This document shows positions 9,301 to 18,280 of a stretch of DNA of 64,000 nucleotides, in pieces. The notes beneath the pieces are model-generated. The model worked only from the letters and a program-made list of their open reading frames with translations, was not told the DNA's origin and ran no database searches. Origin of the DNA: a virus; IMG/VR virus record IMGVR_UViG_3300033066_000693, positions 64,001-128,000 of that record; one strand, written 5' to 3'. Numbering within the stretch: position 1 is the first letter of the stretch; each line of letters starts with the position of its first letter. The position numbers were made by a program, and so were the translations under genes.

Positions 9301-10573
9301 CGCTAGCTATGGTTATTCCAGCAGCAAACGCAGGAACAGCGTCTATAAGAGCTTGCATTCCTTGTATTGCTTGTTCGATTATTGTTGTAGTTGTAAAGTT
9401 GTAAACAAACGAATGAGGTATGCCGTTTACGCTTCCTTCTATAGTAAACGTTCTTGCTGTAGCGTCTATAGCAATCTTGCTGAACAATACTCCGTGCGCA
9501 GAAATCCTTATTGCGAAACGACCGGGCTGAGGAACGGTAGTAAAGACTCCGGGCGAAGTATAGAACTGCGTATCAAAGAAATCAATAGCGAAGAATGTAT
9601 TTCCTCCGCTAGTATAAGGAGCATAAAACGCATTAGCTCCCGGGAACATTCCTATCGTAAACATAGGAACAGAACCGCCGCCATTAGCGATTCCATACTC
9701 GCAGGAAAGATTTAGACGGCGGAAGCCAGCAGGATTAGCGGTAGAGTTAAGAAATGGCCTCCATAGTATAGAGGAAATCTTGACAGCATATCCCGCTCCG
9801 TCGCTCTGAGAAGTAATAGGAGATACTCCTGTAGGACGGATATAGATAGCAGCTTGGTCTGTAGCATCTTCGCTGTAATCAACAAATATGAACGAGTCAG
9901 CAAGTTGCTTGCTAATGTTGATATAGTTGAATCGTCTTGCTCCTGAAATGGTAGATCCATTCTCTATGGATATCAAATCAGCAGTAGTAAAGATATCTCC
10001 TGCGTCGATTATGAGCTTCGCATTATCTCGATCTACATGAACGCCAATAGGATTGGTAAACTGAGTAGTATTTACCAAAGACCCGTCAAATGCCAAGAAA
10101 GGTATGACAAATGTTGTAGGCTCAATATGTATGTTTGTGTCGTCATATGGAATTGTGATATCGAAAACTCTAGCGCCAGAGCTAGCGATAGGAATAAGGC
10201 TCATCTGAAGGCTTGTGAGCGAACCTATACCAGTAGGCGAAGTAACTTCTGTCAATGAAACAGAGTTACGTATTCGACTAATTTGAGTAGATGTTAGTCC
10301 TGCTCCGCTAATGGTAATCGCAGGAGTTCCATTGATCGGATTTCTACGGATTTGAAACTGACCGCTATAAGTTGTCCCGTCTGCGTCTACGCCGGGAACG
10401 CCTTGAACGTCCAAAACGATCAAATCTCTTTCTATAGCTTGAGTCTGGGCGCTAATCGTAATATCAAACGCAAATGGTGATTCTTCGTCAATGACGGTAG
10501 GGCCACTTACAGACGTTGTACCGATAAAACGCTGTTCAGTTTTGATTATCTTCTGTACGAACGACTGCGCCAT
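6383..10573 (-). CDS. Giant putative virion structural protein (1396 aa), Thr/Ser/Asn/Gly-rich
   Basis: A 4.2-kb ORF overlapping its neighbours by 4 nt. The composition is fibre-like. No catalytic motifs recognised. Confidence 0.4.
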   Translation of the reverse strand: MAQSFVQKIIKTEQRFIGTTSVSGPTVIDEESPFAFDITISAQTQAIERDLIVLDVQGVPGVDADGTTYSGQFQIRRNPINGTPAITISGAGLTSTQISRIRNSVSLTEVTSPTGIGSLTSLQMSLIPIASSGARVFDITIPYDDTNIHIEPTTFVIPFLAFDGSLVNTTQFTNPIGVHVDRDNAKLIIDAGDIFTTADLISIENGSTISGARRFNYINISKQLADSFIFVDYSEDATDQAAIYIRPTGVSPITSQSDGAGYAVKISSILWRPFLNSTANPAGFRRLNLSCEYGIANGGGSVPMFTIGMFPGANAFYAPYTSGGNTFFAIDFFDTQFYTSPGVFTTVPQPGRFAIRISAHGVLFSKIAIDATARTFTIEGSVNGIPHSFVYNFTTTTIIEQAIQGMQALIDAVPAFAAGITIASGDHLRYAKCIYLNTVTYVGFSSLFESRALRITVPAINGRFEKRLVEGVGGTTLKEVFDWVVDTFGSYGLDINWNRDRVLGLDGVTQYLVGDPRNIRPWPDWENLPAIPVLFTRAGAGTSSTQTIYTSNANNPSLGAVSTPVSIYAQTNFFQSSLYEGQYVADSVASPELSFNTATTTTVEDVATAFQAIVDGSATSKFPAFVGIPSISLEFDVVSYYAAENSSYLGYHQNVHGLGGPTFPNTTPPSFSTLPGNVSFTPFGQVNEMRFGNGATSPSDDYQPITLTHNFQIPTVSGTTISELVNTNVNAAHGDLLHAELLDPIYASLDVSGLSPFSTPINVAGTIVNLSGSVLVPYIRTYPFSTNPTLTLLAQNIDRDWGPGRAGVLVTIDSGTVQHSDAIPANLLTDSQTITTGTQPHVFSGSVQVLPGVSTPTADVTLSFDITLPTTIPPTEESGIQVAIGGFERNGTFFPNTAPNQFFEPVQNSISPISFRVTDADVVYLLVRTRKTLNSSTYTSTASHYSGLATYSNGSPSYPLNPFAPTDPRFTAVWNEGGTLGVPAAVIVPVNANTIDVTIEDTTELESIHLQILNAPSSLDNFGFLAVNRTNNNKSQTKSRLGRAYGLVLDNRASWDVLISPEAILEVDRNGTLSHLGTLYSRTILNDDEGYDFTISTSLPAAIRNAVSIKPLPGNPQVWVLTLEYPVKKYLADLIAARNDENSLNGCSIDIDFLVTGRTSGVQGTARVSVFHDFTCVYDIGLCDYFWNLIDPPKPSGPEIIQNRLEIAYQTLIDCNNLTTPINNNISMNVPVLVSVGNIPTFMNGNALLLLKTLYTAEIQSFYFPTGNQLDTMEFSNCTPISLNLPLIRRLNKEFLLLPNNPDPIDDISEIQSLLQTETSYLWVRPKFYIPPTDVIKDCGENEIVVVGIGYTFKNWTNGFRQDDVIVGVGMLLPQGVFSSPEMKMCYRYYYNQDES

Positions 10574-10578
10574 TTATG

Positions 10579-13335
10579 TTATACCTTTACGAACTTTGCA
10601 GGTAGTTCAGTCCCGATTTCAACCTTAAGCTTCTTATCTTTGTCGTATTGGAGCATAACATGCGTTCCGCTCTTTTCTACAACCTTGTAAGTTCTATCTT
10701 TCCCTGACTGGAAAGCGACTCCAACGCCTTTGCTGCGGTAGATATCTCCTACAGATACCATAGAAGCTTCGCCGGGCGACCTATAAATCATGGTCTTGAC
10801 GCCTTCCCATTGGGGTTCTGGACCTTCGCTAATGAGACGGCCTCCCGTACCAAAAGACGAACCAGAGCTAGCGTCTGCTTGCTTAGCCTTACCATACCAA
10901 TTATTCGCTTGCTTTCCTTGGGGATTGCCGTACATAGTTTGCACTTCTCCTCTAATAGACTCTACAAACTGAACAGCTTGAGCTTGATCAGCGATATTGC
11001 CTGCCAGTTGCTCGTCCATTAGCTTGTCCTGTATGTACTTGATAAAGTTAGGCTGTCCCTTTGGCGGCTTTAGAGAAAGACCCGGGAACATCTTCTGTAG
11101 CATCATTCCGTCTACAAGAGGCTTCATCTGTATTGGAACAGGACGATTCCTATATTCATTCATCTGACGAATATGCTCTTCCTTAAGGTCATAGTCAGCC
11201 TGATCGCCTTCTTCCGACTTAGCCATAGTATCAGCTTGAGCATGCATCATTACAAACTGCCAGACATCCTCTCTATTCGAGCCGGGTATCTGCGTGTCTC
11301 TCATGAACTTACCCATAGACTTGTTTGACCAAGAATCGGTATGCGGCCTCATATGTTGCTTTACAACCATCTGAACGAACTTTCTATCGTCTTCTCCGAT
11401 TCCAATTCGCTTCAATATAGCGTCAGCGATGTCCGCAGACTTATCTTCATGTCCAGCATAGCCAAACTCTCCCGGATCATTAGGCTTTTCCTTACCAATC
11501 TCGGGATGAGCCTTGCCGTAATCATGGAATACAGCAGCCATGAGCATAAGAATGCGGTCGTTCTTATCAACCTTCTTTTGCTTCATGATTCTATCGAGGT
11601 TCTCGACAACTCTAAGAGTGTGTTCAAGAAGATTGAACTTATGGTGCCTGTTCTTTTGGTCCATAGTTAGCGGATGAAGACCCTGAACTTCGGGAGCGTC
11701 AAAAACAGCCTTGTCCATGCCTGTTGCAAACAAGGCACGAATGGCTTCTGCTGGGCGTTCTGCTCCGAACATTTTCAAAATTTCTGGTCCTGCCCTTTCT
11801 GGCGAAACCTTCTTGCGATAGGCTTCATGAACAGCAGGATTGGACATCGCATCCATCGTCCCCTTCTCAATAGTGGCCTTTGGGTATCTGCTAAAGAAGC
11901 GGAATACTCTAAGCATTCTAAGAGGGTCGTCCATGAACGTCTTAGTAGGGTCTAGCGGAGTGCGAAGCGTCATTGTCTGAAGGTCTTGCATTCCTCCGAC
12001 ATAATCTTCAATCTGTTGATTATTGACGTTGTAGAACATAGAGTTGATGGTCAAATCTCTTCTTTGCGCGTCAACTTTGGGATCGTTAGAGAGCTTCATA
12101 GTAGGGATTCTACTATCTCCATAGCTTTCGTCTCGCAGATTGACAAAATCAATCTTTAGTCCTGCGATATCAAGAGCGGTAGTCTCAAGATGCTTTGATT
12201 TTTCTGCATTCTGCTTAACAACGTATGCAGAGTCCATATTGATAGGAGCGTTTGGATTTGACTGCTTGTATATTTCAGCCTTATCAACAAACTGCTGTCC
12301 TGTCATCTTGTCTAGAGCAATATCTATGTCGTCGCTTGGAGTACCTAGCAACTTATCTCGAACCCAGCCACCAGCAACTCGGAATGTTATACCTAGGTTG
12401 AGCTTGTTATTGATATCCAATAGCGTAGCAAAAATCTGCTGCTCCTGCGTAGTAAGCTCTAGCTTAGGAGCTTGCTGAGGTTGCTGCATTGGTTGCGGCT
12501 GCTGTGGTTGCGATTGTTGAGGCGGCACTTGGGCTGCTTTCTGATGACCTATTTCTCTAACGATATTTTCCATGAAGCCAGACCTAGCCCAAAACTCGGC
12601 GCTAAAGTTCTCTGGCTTTCGCTTGAAATCCGCCTTATCTGGGCGTCTATCCCAGCGTATAGCAAGGATATCTCGGAGAGCGCTGATAGGATCAACAGAT
12701 CTACACTTCTCAGTATGAATTCCCAATGTTGGAAGATTGACTTCAAACAAGCGAAGAGGCTTTGCAAACTTGTATTTATCTATGCCGGGGACATAGGCTG
12801 TCGTATAGACAGGACAAGTCGGACAGAACTCTTGCACAATGCTCTCAACTACGGCTACCGAGTGGTATTCTCCGCTCTCAACAACTATAGAGCTAAGGCA
12901 GTCAGAGATGTCAATCCAGTTAGTATCAAAGACTGCCATGCCTCCAAATATATCAACCTTACATCCATTCTTTTCCGCAAGCTGCTTGGGGCCAAGATTT
13001 ACAACAACCTGAAGCTTTTGGTCCTTGATGATCTTGCCTGCAACAGCATTGGAGAACATGATTACCTTAGACAGCGCATGTATTCTGTTTGACGACAGAA
13101 CAGAACGCAACTGAATGATATCCATAGCAAAGACGCACTTGTTATAGAAATCGCCCTTCTCGAAAACCGCTTGGAGCAAGTGGCGTGGAGAGCTTTGCAG
13201 AATCTTTTCTGAATCGCGCACAGAAAGAAGAGAACGCAAGGCATGGTCTGCCTGCTCTTCGGTTAAACGAGAACCTTGATTGGCTTGATAGACCAACATG
13301 GCGTCTTGTATCATTTTGTCGAAGTCAGCGGCCAT
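10579..13335 (-). CDS. cca: tRNA nucleotidyltransferase (CCA-adding enzyme)/poly(A) polymerase head domain plus HD domain, embedded in a 918-aa protein with an unknown ~290-aa N-terminal domain, a Q/P-rich linker and a ~200-aa C-terminal extension
   Basis: GGWVRDKLLG...DIDIA is the class II nucleotidyltransferase head motif, and FHDYGKAHPEIGKEK is an HD-domain motif. The linker QQSQPQQPQPMQQPQQ lies at about 12470-12530. Confidence 0.65.
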   Translation of the reverse strand: MAADFDKMIQDAMLVYQANQGSRLTEEQADHALRSLLSVRDSEKILQSSPRHLLQAVFEKGDFYNKCVFAMDIIQLRSVLSSNRIHALSKVIMFSNAVAGKIIKDQKLQVVVNLGPKQLAEKNGCKVDIFGGMAVFDTNWIDISDCLSSIVVESGEYHSVAVVESIVQEFCPTCPVYTTAYVPGIDKYKFAKPLRLFEVNLPTLGIHTEKCRSVDPISALRDILAIRWDRRPDKADFKRKPENFSAEFWARSGFMENIVREIGHQKAAQVPPQQSQPQQPQPMQQPQQAPKLELTTQEQQIFATLLDINNKLNLGITFRVAGGWVRDKLLGTPSDDIDIALDKMTGQQFVDKAEIYKQSNPNAPINMDSAYVVKQNAEKSKHLETTALDIAGLKIDFVNLRDESYGDSRIPTMKLSNDPKVDAQRRDLTINSMFYNVNNQQIEDYVGGMQDLQTMTLRTPLDPTKTFMDDPLRMLRVFRFFSRYPKATIEKGTMDAMSNPAVHEAYRKKVSPERAGPEILKMFGAERPAEAIRALFATGMDKAVFDAPEVQGLHPLTMDQKNRHHKFNLLEHTLRVVENLDRIMKQKKVDKNDRILMLMAAVFHDYGKAHPEIGKEKPNDPGEFGYAGHEDKSADIADAILKRIGIGEDDRKFVQMVVKQHMRPHTDSWSNKSMGKFMRDTQIPGSNREDVWQFVMMHAQADTMAKSEEGDQADYDLKEEHIRQMNEYRNRPVPIQMKPLVDGMMLQKMFPGLSLKPPKGQPNFIKYIQDKLMDEQLAGNIADQAQAVQFVESIRGEVQTMYGNPQGKQANNWYGKAKQADASSGSSFGTGGRLISEGPEPQWEGVKTMIYRSPGEASMVSVGDIYRSKGVGVAFQSGKDRTYKVVEKSGTHVMLQYDKDKKLKVEIGTELPAKFVKV

Positions 13336-13544
13336 TAGGCTTTTTTCCTTCTACATCCGCCGCAGCCGGGCTTGGCTGGCGGAGGAGTTGGTTGTCTTGG
13401 TGGGGTCGGAGGCGGCGGCGGCTTGTTAGGCGGAGGCGTCTGAGGGTTAGATTGATTGAATCTTATGTTCTGTGCCATTTGCGGTGTTCCTAAACCTATC
13501 TTGTTAAGAAGAACTTTCTTCTGAAAGAGATCATTTATTGGCAT
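13335..13544 (-). CDS. Small Pro-rich protein (69 aa) ending in PGCGGCRRKKA
   Basis: ATG start with GGAG upstream. Its stop overlaps the downstream start as TAATG (translational coupling). Low-complexity composition lowers confidence. Confidence 0.35.
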   Translation of the reverse strand: MPINDLFQKKVLLNKIGLGTPQMAQNIRFNQSNPQTPPPNKPPPPPTPPRQPTPPPAKPGCGGCRRKKA

Positions 13545-14190
13545 TGGTTACGATCTCCGTTTCTTTTACAACCAAATCTACAATCTCGGCAATCGCTCGC
13601 TTGGCTTCGTCCGTCTTGGCCTCGCTATACTTTACAGTCATGACCGTATTTAGTCTTTCAACAAGAATACGGATTGGCTCATTCTCTTGCTTCATGGCAC
13701 GAATGCGTTCTTGAACCTTAGTAGCTTGGTCAATGAGCTTGATAAGAGTTTCTTGCCCTCTTCTCATATCTTCAGAGCTTACTCGACTGATTGTAGACCC
13801 AAGAGTATGAATCTGTTGATCAAGAAGAGTGGCATATGTATGCAATCTCTCTTCTTCGTCTACCTTGATGCGCGAATAATCTTGTAGGTTCTCTGCGTAT
13901 GCCTTGATGCGTTGTTCGTATATTGGCTTATTGTAATGTTCTACGAAGTGATTGTTAACTCCATGAGCAGATAGGTCTTCGCCCTTGGTCTTGAGCCATT
14001 TATAAACCCAATGGGCTGGCTTTCCATCGGCATAGAGTTCTTCTGCCTCTTTTCGATAGATGGAGTTGCACATCTTACAATTTGGCCTGACTATTGGCTC
14101 GCACTTCATATTCTTGACGTAATCAAAAATATTGGTGTAAGAAGGGTCAGACTTTATGCTTTTTTCTATAGCTTTTGGTTCGTCAGCCAC
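13531..14190 (-). CDS. hypothetical protein, 219 aa; an N-terminal Cys cluster (CEPIVRPNCKMC) is followed by a coiled-coil region
   Basis: ORF tiles with its neighbours. No recognised family. Confidence 0.4.
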   Translation of the reverse strand: MADEPKAIEKSIKSDPSYTNIFDYVKNMKCEPIVRPNCKMCNSIYRKEAEELYADGKPAHWVYKWLKTKGEDLSAHGVNNHFVEHYNKPIYEQRIKAYAENLQDYSRIKVDEEERLHTYATLLDQQIHTLGSTISRVSSEDMRRGQETLIKLIDQATKVQERIRAMKQENEPIRILVERLNTVMTVKYSEAKTDEAKRAIAEIVDLVVKETEIVTNANK

Positions 14191-14200
14191 AAATCTCTCC

Positions 14201-14605
14201 TCAATATAAGCCCTTCTTGGGCTTTGATGGATCTAGTAAACCGTGGGAAAAATCATTGCGAAGCTTGATGAGCTTCTTTACTTTCTGGTCTAGCTCGAAA
14301 GCTGCTGACTTGCACAAATCAGCAAATCTTGCAGGAGAATCCAATGCTATGCTGTCAGCTTGATCTAATATCTCAATGACAATAGGAAAAGACGAGACTT
14401 TCTTATTGCTACGGATCTTAGCAACTACGCCTCTAGCCCCTCGCTGGGTCTGATATACCAACTGCGAACAATATCTCAGTAAGTCAGAGATATCTTCTAA
14501 TGCTCGTATTTGAGCATTGACAATGTTTCTATCTGAAAAGTCTTCAATGACGAAGCCATTGTCTTTCAGTTTAGGTTTCTTTTCTTGGGCTAGAGTGTAC
14601 CACAT
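14201..14605 (-). CDS. hypothetical protein, 134 aa
   Basis: Tiling minus-strand ORF. Confidence 0.35.
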   Translation of the reverse strand: MWYTLAQEKKPKLKDNGFVIEDFSDRNIVNAQIRALEDISDLLRYCSQLVYQTQRGARGVVAKIRSNKKVSSFPIVIEILDQADSIALDSPARFADLCKSAAFELDQKVKKLIKLRNDFSHGLLDPSKPKKGLY

Positions 14606-15324
14606 TACTTGTCTTTCTCCACTAGAACTTTGTAAGACTCCGTTACGTCTGAAAAATCGCCATTCTCGTCCTTTCTTAGAACTACGCCATCAACAGTATC
14701 GCCGTTTACTTGCAAATAAAAGGCCTCCCCGCCAGTAAACGACCCTTTGGCCGACATCGAGAACTTATTGCCCAAAATACTAAACACAACCCTCATTCCG
14801 CTATCGCTCTGGTAGAACTTCTGAGCATTTTTGGCTAGAGCCTTGGTATTAGCAACAATTTTCTGTATCTTGAGTTCATTTCCAGCTTGCTTGACCGCCT
14901 TGGTAATAGCAGCTATCTCGTTACGGTAGTTATCTTCTGAAAATGGGATTTGCTGCAACTCTTCCCAAATAGGCTGAAATAGCCCCAAGTCTAGATCTGC
15001 GCTATTATTTGCGGTTTTCCCTTTAGTGGAAGATTTCTTAACAGGAGCCATCCCAATTGAAGAGGCCACAGACGAAGCAACGGCTCCCATATCAAGATGG
15101 AAGCCTTGTTTGTCCATTACTTGACCTTCTACAAGCTCGGTGTCGCCTATGATATCAGGTCCGTCAGGTTCTCCCGATTCGTCTACGCTAGCTCCTGCGG
15201 CCTTTGCTGCGCCTTTGAGCAAAGCGTTCTTAATTGTCTCTTCATCGAGGTGAACGCCTTGACGGTCTACTATTCTACCGTCTACTTGTTCGGCTTCTCC
15301 TCGCATATTGTCACTGGGCGGCAT
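14605..15324 (-). CDS. hypothetical protein, 239 aa, with an internal tandem repeat (IVDRQGVHLDEET / VMDKQGFHLDMGA)
   Basis: Tiling ORF. The repeat is visible in the translation. Confidence 0.4.
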   Translation of the reverse strand: MPPSDNMRGEAEQVDGRIVDRQGVHLDEETIKNALLKGAAKAAGASVDESGEPDGPDIIGDTELVEGQVMDKQGFHLDMGAVASSVASSIGMAPVKKSSTKGKTANNSADLDLGLFQPIWEELQQIPFSEDNYRNEIAAITKAVKQAGNELKIQKIVANTKALAKNAQKFYQSDSGMRVVFSILGNKFSMSAKGSFTGGEAFYLQVNGDTVDGVVLRKDENGDFSDVTESYKVLVEKDK

Positions 15325-15937
15325 TGAGTTGTCTCCTGAGATATTCTGCGATCAATAGAGCTTCGGCTTTTCCGTCGTCCTTTTTTAGCTCAAACTCTTC
15401 GCTCAAGTTAGGATACAACTTTCCGGCCAATTCTCTTGCATGGTCTTTGGCTAGTTTTTTAGCCTTGTCCATTTCTTGCTTATGCAATACCTTGGCTTCT
15501 TTATGCTTTTTCCTATCCGTAGCAGAGAGGCGATTGACTTCAACAGGACTTAGCTTAAGTATCTCGGGCTTTTCCAGCTTCTTCAAAAGCTGATCACCAT
15601 ATTCTTTTTTCCATGTCATAGGCGAAATAAGTAACAAGTTCAAACGCAATGCCCCAACAATGCCTTTAAGAATACCAAAGCCTTCGCCAAAATTGAACAT
15701 AGAAACATTTCCGTTTCCGGGCATAGGAGCAATTCGCTCGATCCCGACATATGTTCTGTCCTTAGGCAATCCTTCAAGAAGTTTAACTATACTCGCTATA
15801 TCATATTCAGTTTTGTTTTTGCCATTCTTCTTTGATTTAATCACGGGCATATAAAGCGTATCAATTACATTTCCATTTAGTATAGCAATAGCTCCTGAAT
15901 AACCCGGATCAATCCCAACAAATACATTCATAGTCAC
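15311..15937 (-). CDS. ruvC: RuvC-like Holliday junction resolvase
   Basis: The N-terminal VFVGIDPGYSGAIAIL matches the RuvC catalytic Asp motif (IILGIDPGSR...). Later acidic residues and the length (208 aa) are consistent. Confidence 0.6.
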   Translation of the reverse strand: MTMNVFVGIDPGYSGAIAILNGNVIDTLYMPVIKSKKNGKNKTEYDIASIVKLLEGLPKDRTYVGIERIAPMPGNGNVSMFNFGEGFGILKGIVGALRLNLLLISPMTWKKEYGDQLLKKLEKPEILKLSPVEVNRLSATDRKKHKEAKVLHKQEMDKAKKLAKDHARELAGKLYPNLSEEFELKKDDGKAEALLIAEYLRRQLNAAQ

Positions 15938-16650
15938 CTCATCTTGTAGATTTTTTCTTGTTCATCGAAAAACACAATTTTTCTATCTAATAGCTCTTTG
16001 AGTAGCTTACCTACACTGGCGTGTGCATTTATATGTTCCTTAACGGAACACAGACACAGGTTTTCAATCCTGTTGTCGGTTTTTACGCCATTAATGTGAT
16101 GAACGACTTCATCCTTTCTAAGAAATCTACCTAATTTCTCTTCCATTACTAGGCGGTGTTCATATACAAAATTGGCTCTTGCAAACGGATGTTCGGGGGC
16201 ATATCTCAATATATGTCCTGAACATTTTCTAACTTTAGTAAAACCCTTCCAGTTTACGTTCAACGGTCCAGATTGGAGTATATATCTGCATTTGTCAGAA
16301 CAGACATGATTCTTGGCTTTGTTCATTGATACAAAAGACGACTTCCCGCAATTACTACACACTATCTGCTTGATAGGTCTTCTTAGTTTTCTTCCTCCAT
16401 AGGGATAAAATATAAAATAGGTGTTACTTCTAGTGCTTTTGTAAACTCTGTCCCCATTGAAATAATGCTCTGTTTCAACAAAAGGGTGTGCAGCTCTATG
16501 AGAATCAGGCTTAGATCGAATAGAGACGCCATTTTTAATTAGCGTCTTGATAACAAAATGATGATCCTTCCCAATTTCTTTGCCTATACTATTGGCACTT
16601 CGGTTTTTGGCATATTCTTGTACTATAAAGTCGTCAGGATTTTTCATCAT
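15934..16650 (-). CDS. HNH homing-type endonuclease with a zinc-binding Cys cluster
   Basis: HHINGVKTDNRIENLCLCSVKEH is the HNH motif. CSNCGKS...CSDKC is a zinc ribbon. Confidence 0.65.
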   Translation of the reverse strand: MMKNPDDFIVQEYAKNRSANSIGKEIGKDHHFVIKTLIKNGVSIRSKPDSHRAAHPFVETEHYFNGDRVYKSTRSNTYFIFYPYGGRKLRRPIKQIVCSNCGKSSFVSMNKAKNHVCSDKCRYILQSGPLNVNWKGFTKVRKCSGHILRYAPEHPFARANFVYEHRLVMEEKLGRFLRKDEVVHHINGVKTDNRIENLCLCSVKEHINAHASVGKLLKELLDRKIVFFDEQEKIYKMR

Positions 16651-16670
16651 TCATTCCAAAATAGAACAAC

Positions 16671-16700
16671 CACACCCTATCATCGGCTAAATAGGGCGTG
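16671..16700 (-). terminator. Hairpin (10-bp stem with one G.U, 10-nt loop) followed by a U-rich stretch on the minus-strand transcript, between the epimerase and the HNH gene
   Basis: cacaccctat / atagggcgtg form an inverted repeat. The minus-strand RNA continues GUUGUUCUAUUUUGG. Confidence 0.3.
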
Positions 16701-16727
16701 GAAGTTTAGTTTTGAAATATAGAGACT

Positions 16728-17663
16728 TTACAAGTTCAACGAGTTTATGGTTTTGTTCAACCCATTCTCGAAGGAAACCATTGGTTGATAACCTATTACT
16801 TCTTTCGCGAGGTCAATAGAAGCTCTCGTTCTCATGATATCTCCCTCTCGGAAAGGAGCTTGTTTGATATCAAACTTGAAGCGGCTCTTGAGCATATCAA
16901 GAATCTCATTGTTTGATATCTCAACGCCGCTAGCGATGTTCAAAGCTATACCATTGAGATTCTTCTTGCAAGTAGCCGCAAGGATGTTGGCATTTACAAT
17001 GTCGTCAACGAACACCATATCTCTGCTCTGTTCGCCTGTTCCGTCTTTTCGGAGCGGTTCGCCGTCTTTGATTGCGTTTAGCCAGCAGCTTACAGCAGTT
17101 GCGTATACTCCCTTGTTGTACTGATAAGGGCCATATGCATTGAAGTATCTTAGAGATACAGAATCTACATCAGAAGTCCTGCTATTAAGTTCTAGGAGTT
17201 GTTCGCAGATGTATTTCTGCAAACCATATGGAGATTCAGCTACTTTAGGAGAATCTTCGGTAACAGGAAGAACCTTGCTATTTCCATATACAGCAGCCGA
17301 AGACGCAAAAACTATTCGCCCTATATTGCGGCCTCTTCTAGCTTCGTCAAGCATTAGAACTGTTGTATCTTGAACATTATTACGGAACGATACATATGGC
17401 TTCTCTACAGAATAGAGAACGCTCGGCAGCGCCGCCTGATGGAAGACGACATCAAAATCATCAAACTTCGAAGTGATAACGTAGCGTCTAAGGTCTTGGA
17501 AATGAATCTTGACCGTGCCTGCTTTTCTCAGAATAAGCCTTCGCTTTTCATGATACTCGGTCTTGCCACTGTCAACAATGGTTACGTCCCAACCAAGCGA
17601 CATGCACTTGAGGGCGATGTTACATCCTATGAATCCTAGTCCGCCTGTTACGAGAACTTTCAT
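16728..17663 (-). CDS. NAD-dependent sugar epimerase/dehydratase (UDP-hexose 4-epimerase-like SDR)
   Basis: N-terminal Rossmann motif VLVTGGLGFIGCN. A YxxxK catalytic motif (YGLQKY). Length 311 aa. Confidence 0.65.
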   Translation of the reverse strand: MKVLVTGGLGFIGCNIALKCMSLGWDVTIVDSGKTEYHEKRRLILRKAGTVKIHFQDLRRYVITSKFDDFDVVFHQAALPSVLYSVEKPYVSFRNNVQDTTVLMLDEARRGRNIGRIVFASSAAVYGNSKVLPVTEDSPKVAESPYGLQKYICEQLLELNSRTSDVDSVSLRYFNAYGPYQYNKGVYATAVSCWLNAIKDGEPLRKDGTGEQSRDMVFVDDIVNANILAATCKKNLNGIALNIASGVEISNNEILDMLKSRFKFDIKQAPFREGDIMRTRASIDLAKEVIGYQPMVSFENGLNKTINSLNL

Positions 17664-17857
17664 GTTTCACCCGCATAACGATTCTGGACCTATCAAAACT
17701 TCTATTTGCTTTGCACCGTCTAAAAACTTCTTGACTTCTTCTCGTTTTGCAGGAGCAAGCTCAGATATGATTCTAAGCAAATGCTCATTTACTTCTTCGT
17801 CGCCTCTTGTAAAGCGAATGGTTCCGTCTGGTAAAACGTCAATGGCTATGTCTTGCA

Positions 17858-18277
17858 CTATCTGCGACTCCGCGCCTTCGCTTTCTTCTTAGAAACTTTC
17901 TTTGACAACTTCTTTGTTACATTCTTCTTTGCTGTCTTCTTGACCTTTTTGCGAACCTTAGCCTTAGCAGCAGGTGCAGGCTCAGAAAGAACAGGAATAG
18001 ACTGCTCAGCAGGAGGCATCTTTACGACAAAGCTAATAGCTCCTGCCGCTGCTTCTTTTTGCAAGTTAGACAATAGCATCCAAACTTCGCCAGCAATTCT
18101 TCCTACAATCTGTCTAAACTCAGCCCCGGGGTCTTTGCGGATAGAGACAACTGTAAAGATGTCATTATATGACGCATTGCTATAGTTAAAAGTACAGCCA
18201 ACTGGGAAGTTGTATTTTTCTAGACTCTTGCGATCATAAATCGCACCTTGGAAGATTACTTGTTCATTTGGCGGCAT
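17858..18277 (-). CDS. hypothetical protein with a histone H1-like Lys-rich C-terminal tail (KAKVRKKVKKTAKKNVTKKLSKKVSKKKAKARSRR)
   Basis: Tiling ORF. The tail suggests nucleic-acid binding. Confidence 0.4.
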   Translation of the reverse strand: MPPNEQVIFQGAIYDRKSLEKYNFPVGCTFNYSNASYNDIFTVVSIRKDPGAEFRQIVGRIAGEVWMLLSNLQKEAAAGAISFVVKMPPAEQSIPVLSEPAPAAKAKVRKKVKKTAKKNVTKKLSKKVSKKKAKARSRR

Positions 18278-18280
18278 GTG

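Noticed and set aside
12472-13092. 206-aa plus-strand ORF inside the CCA-enzyme gene
   Set aside because: It is antisense to a gene with clear catalytic motifs. No independent support.
16651-16727. 77-bp intergenic gap considered as a possible tRNA gene
   Set aside because: No T-loop (GTTCRANYC) or cloverleaf arrangement. The sequence instead forms a single 10-bp hairpin followed by a U-rich run, which is better explained as a terminator or attenuator.
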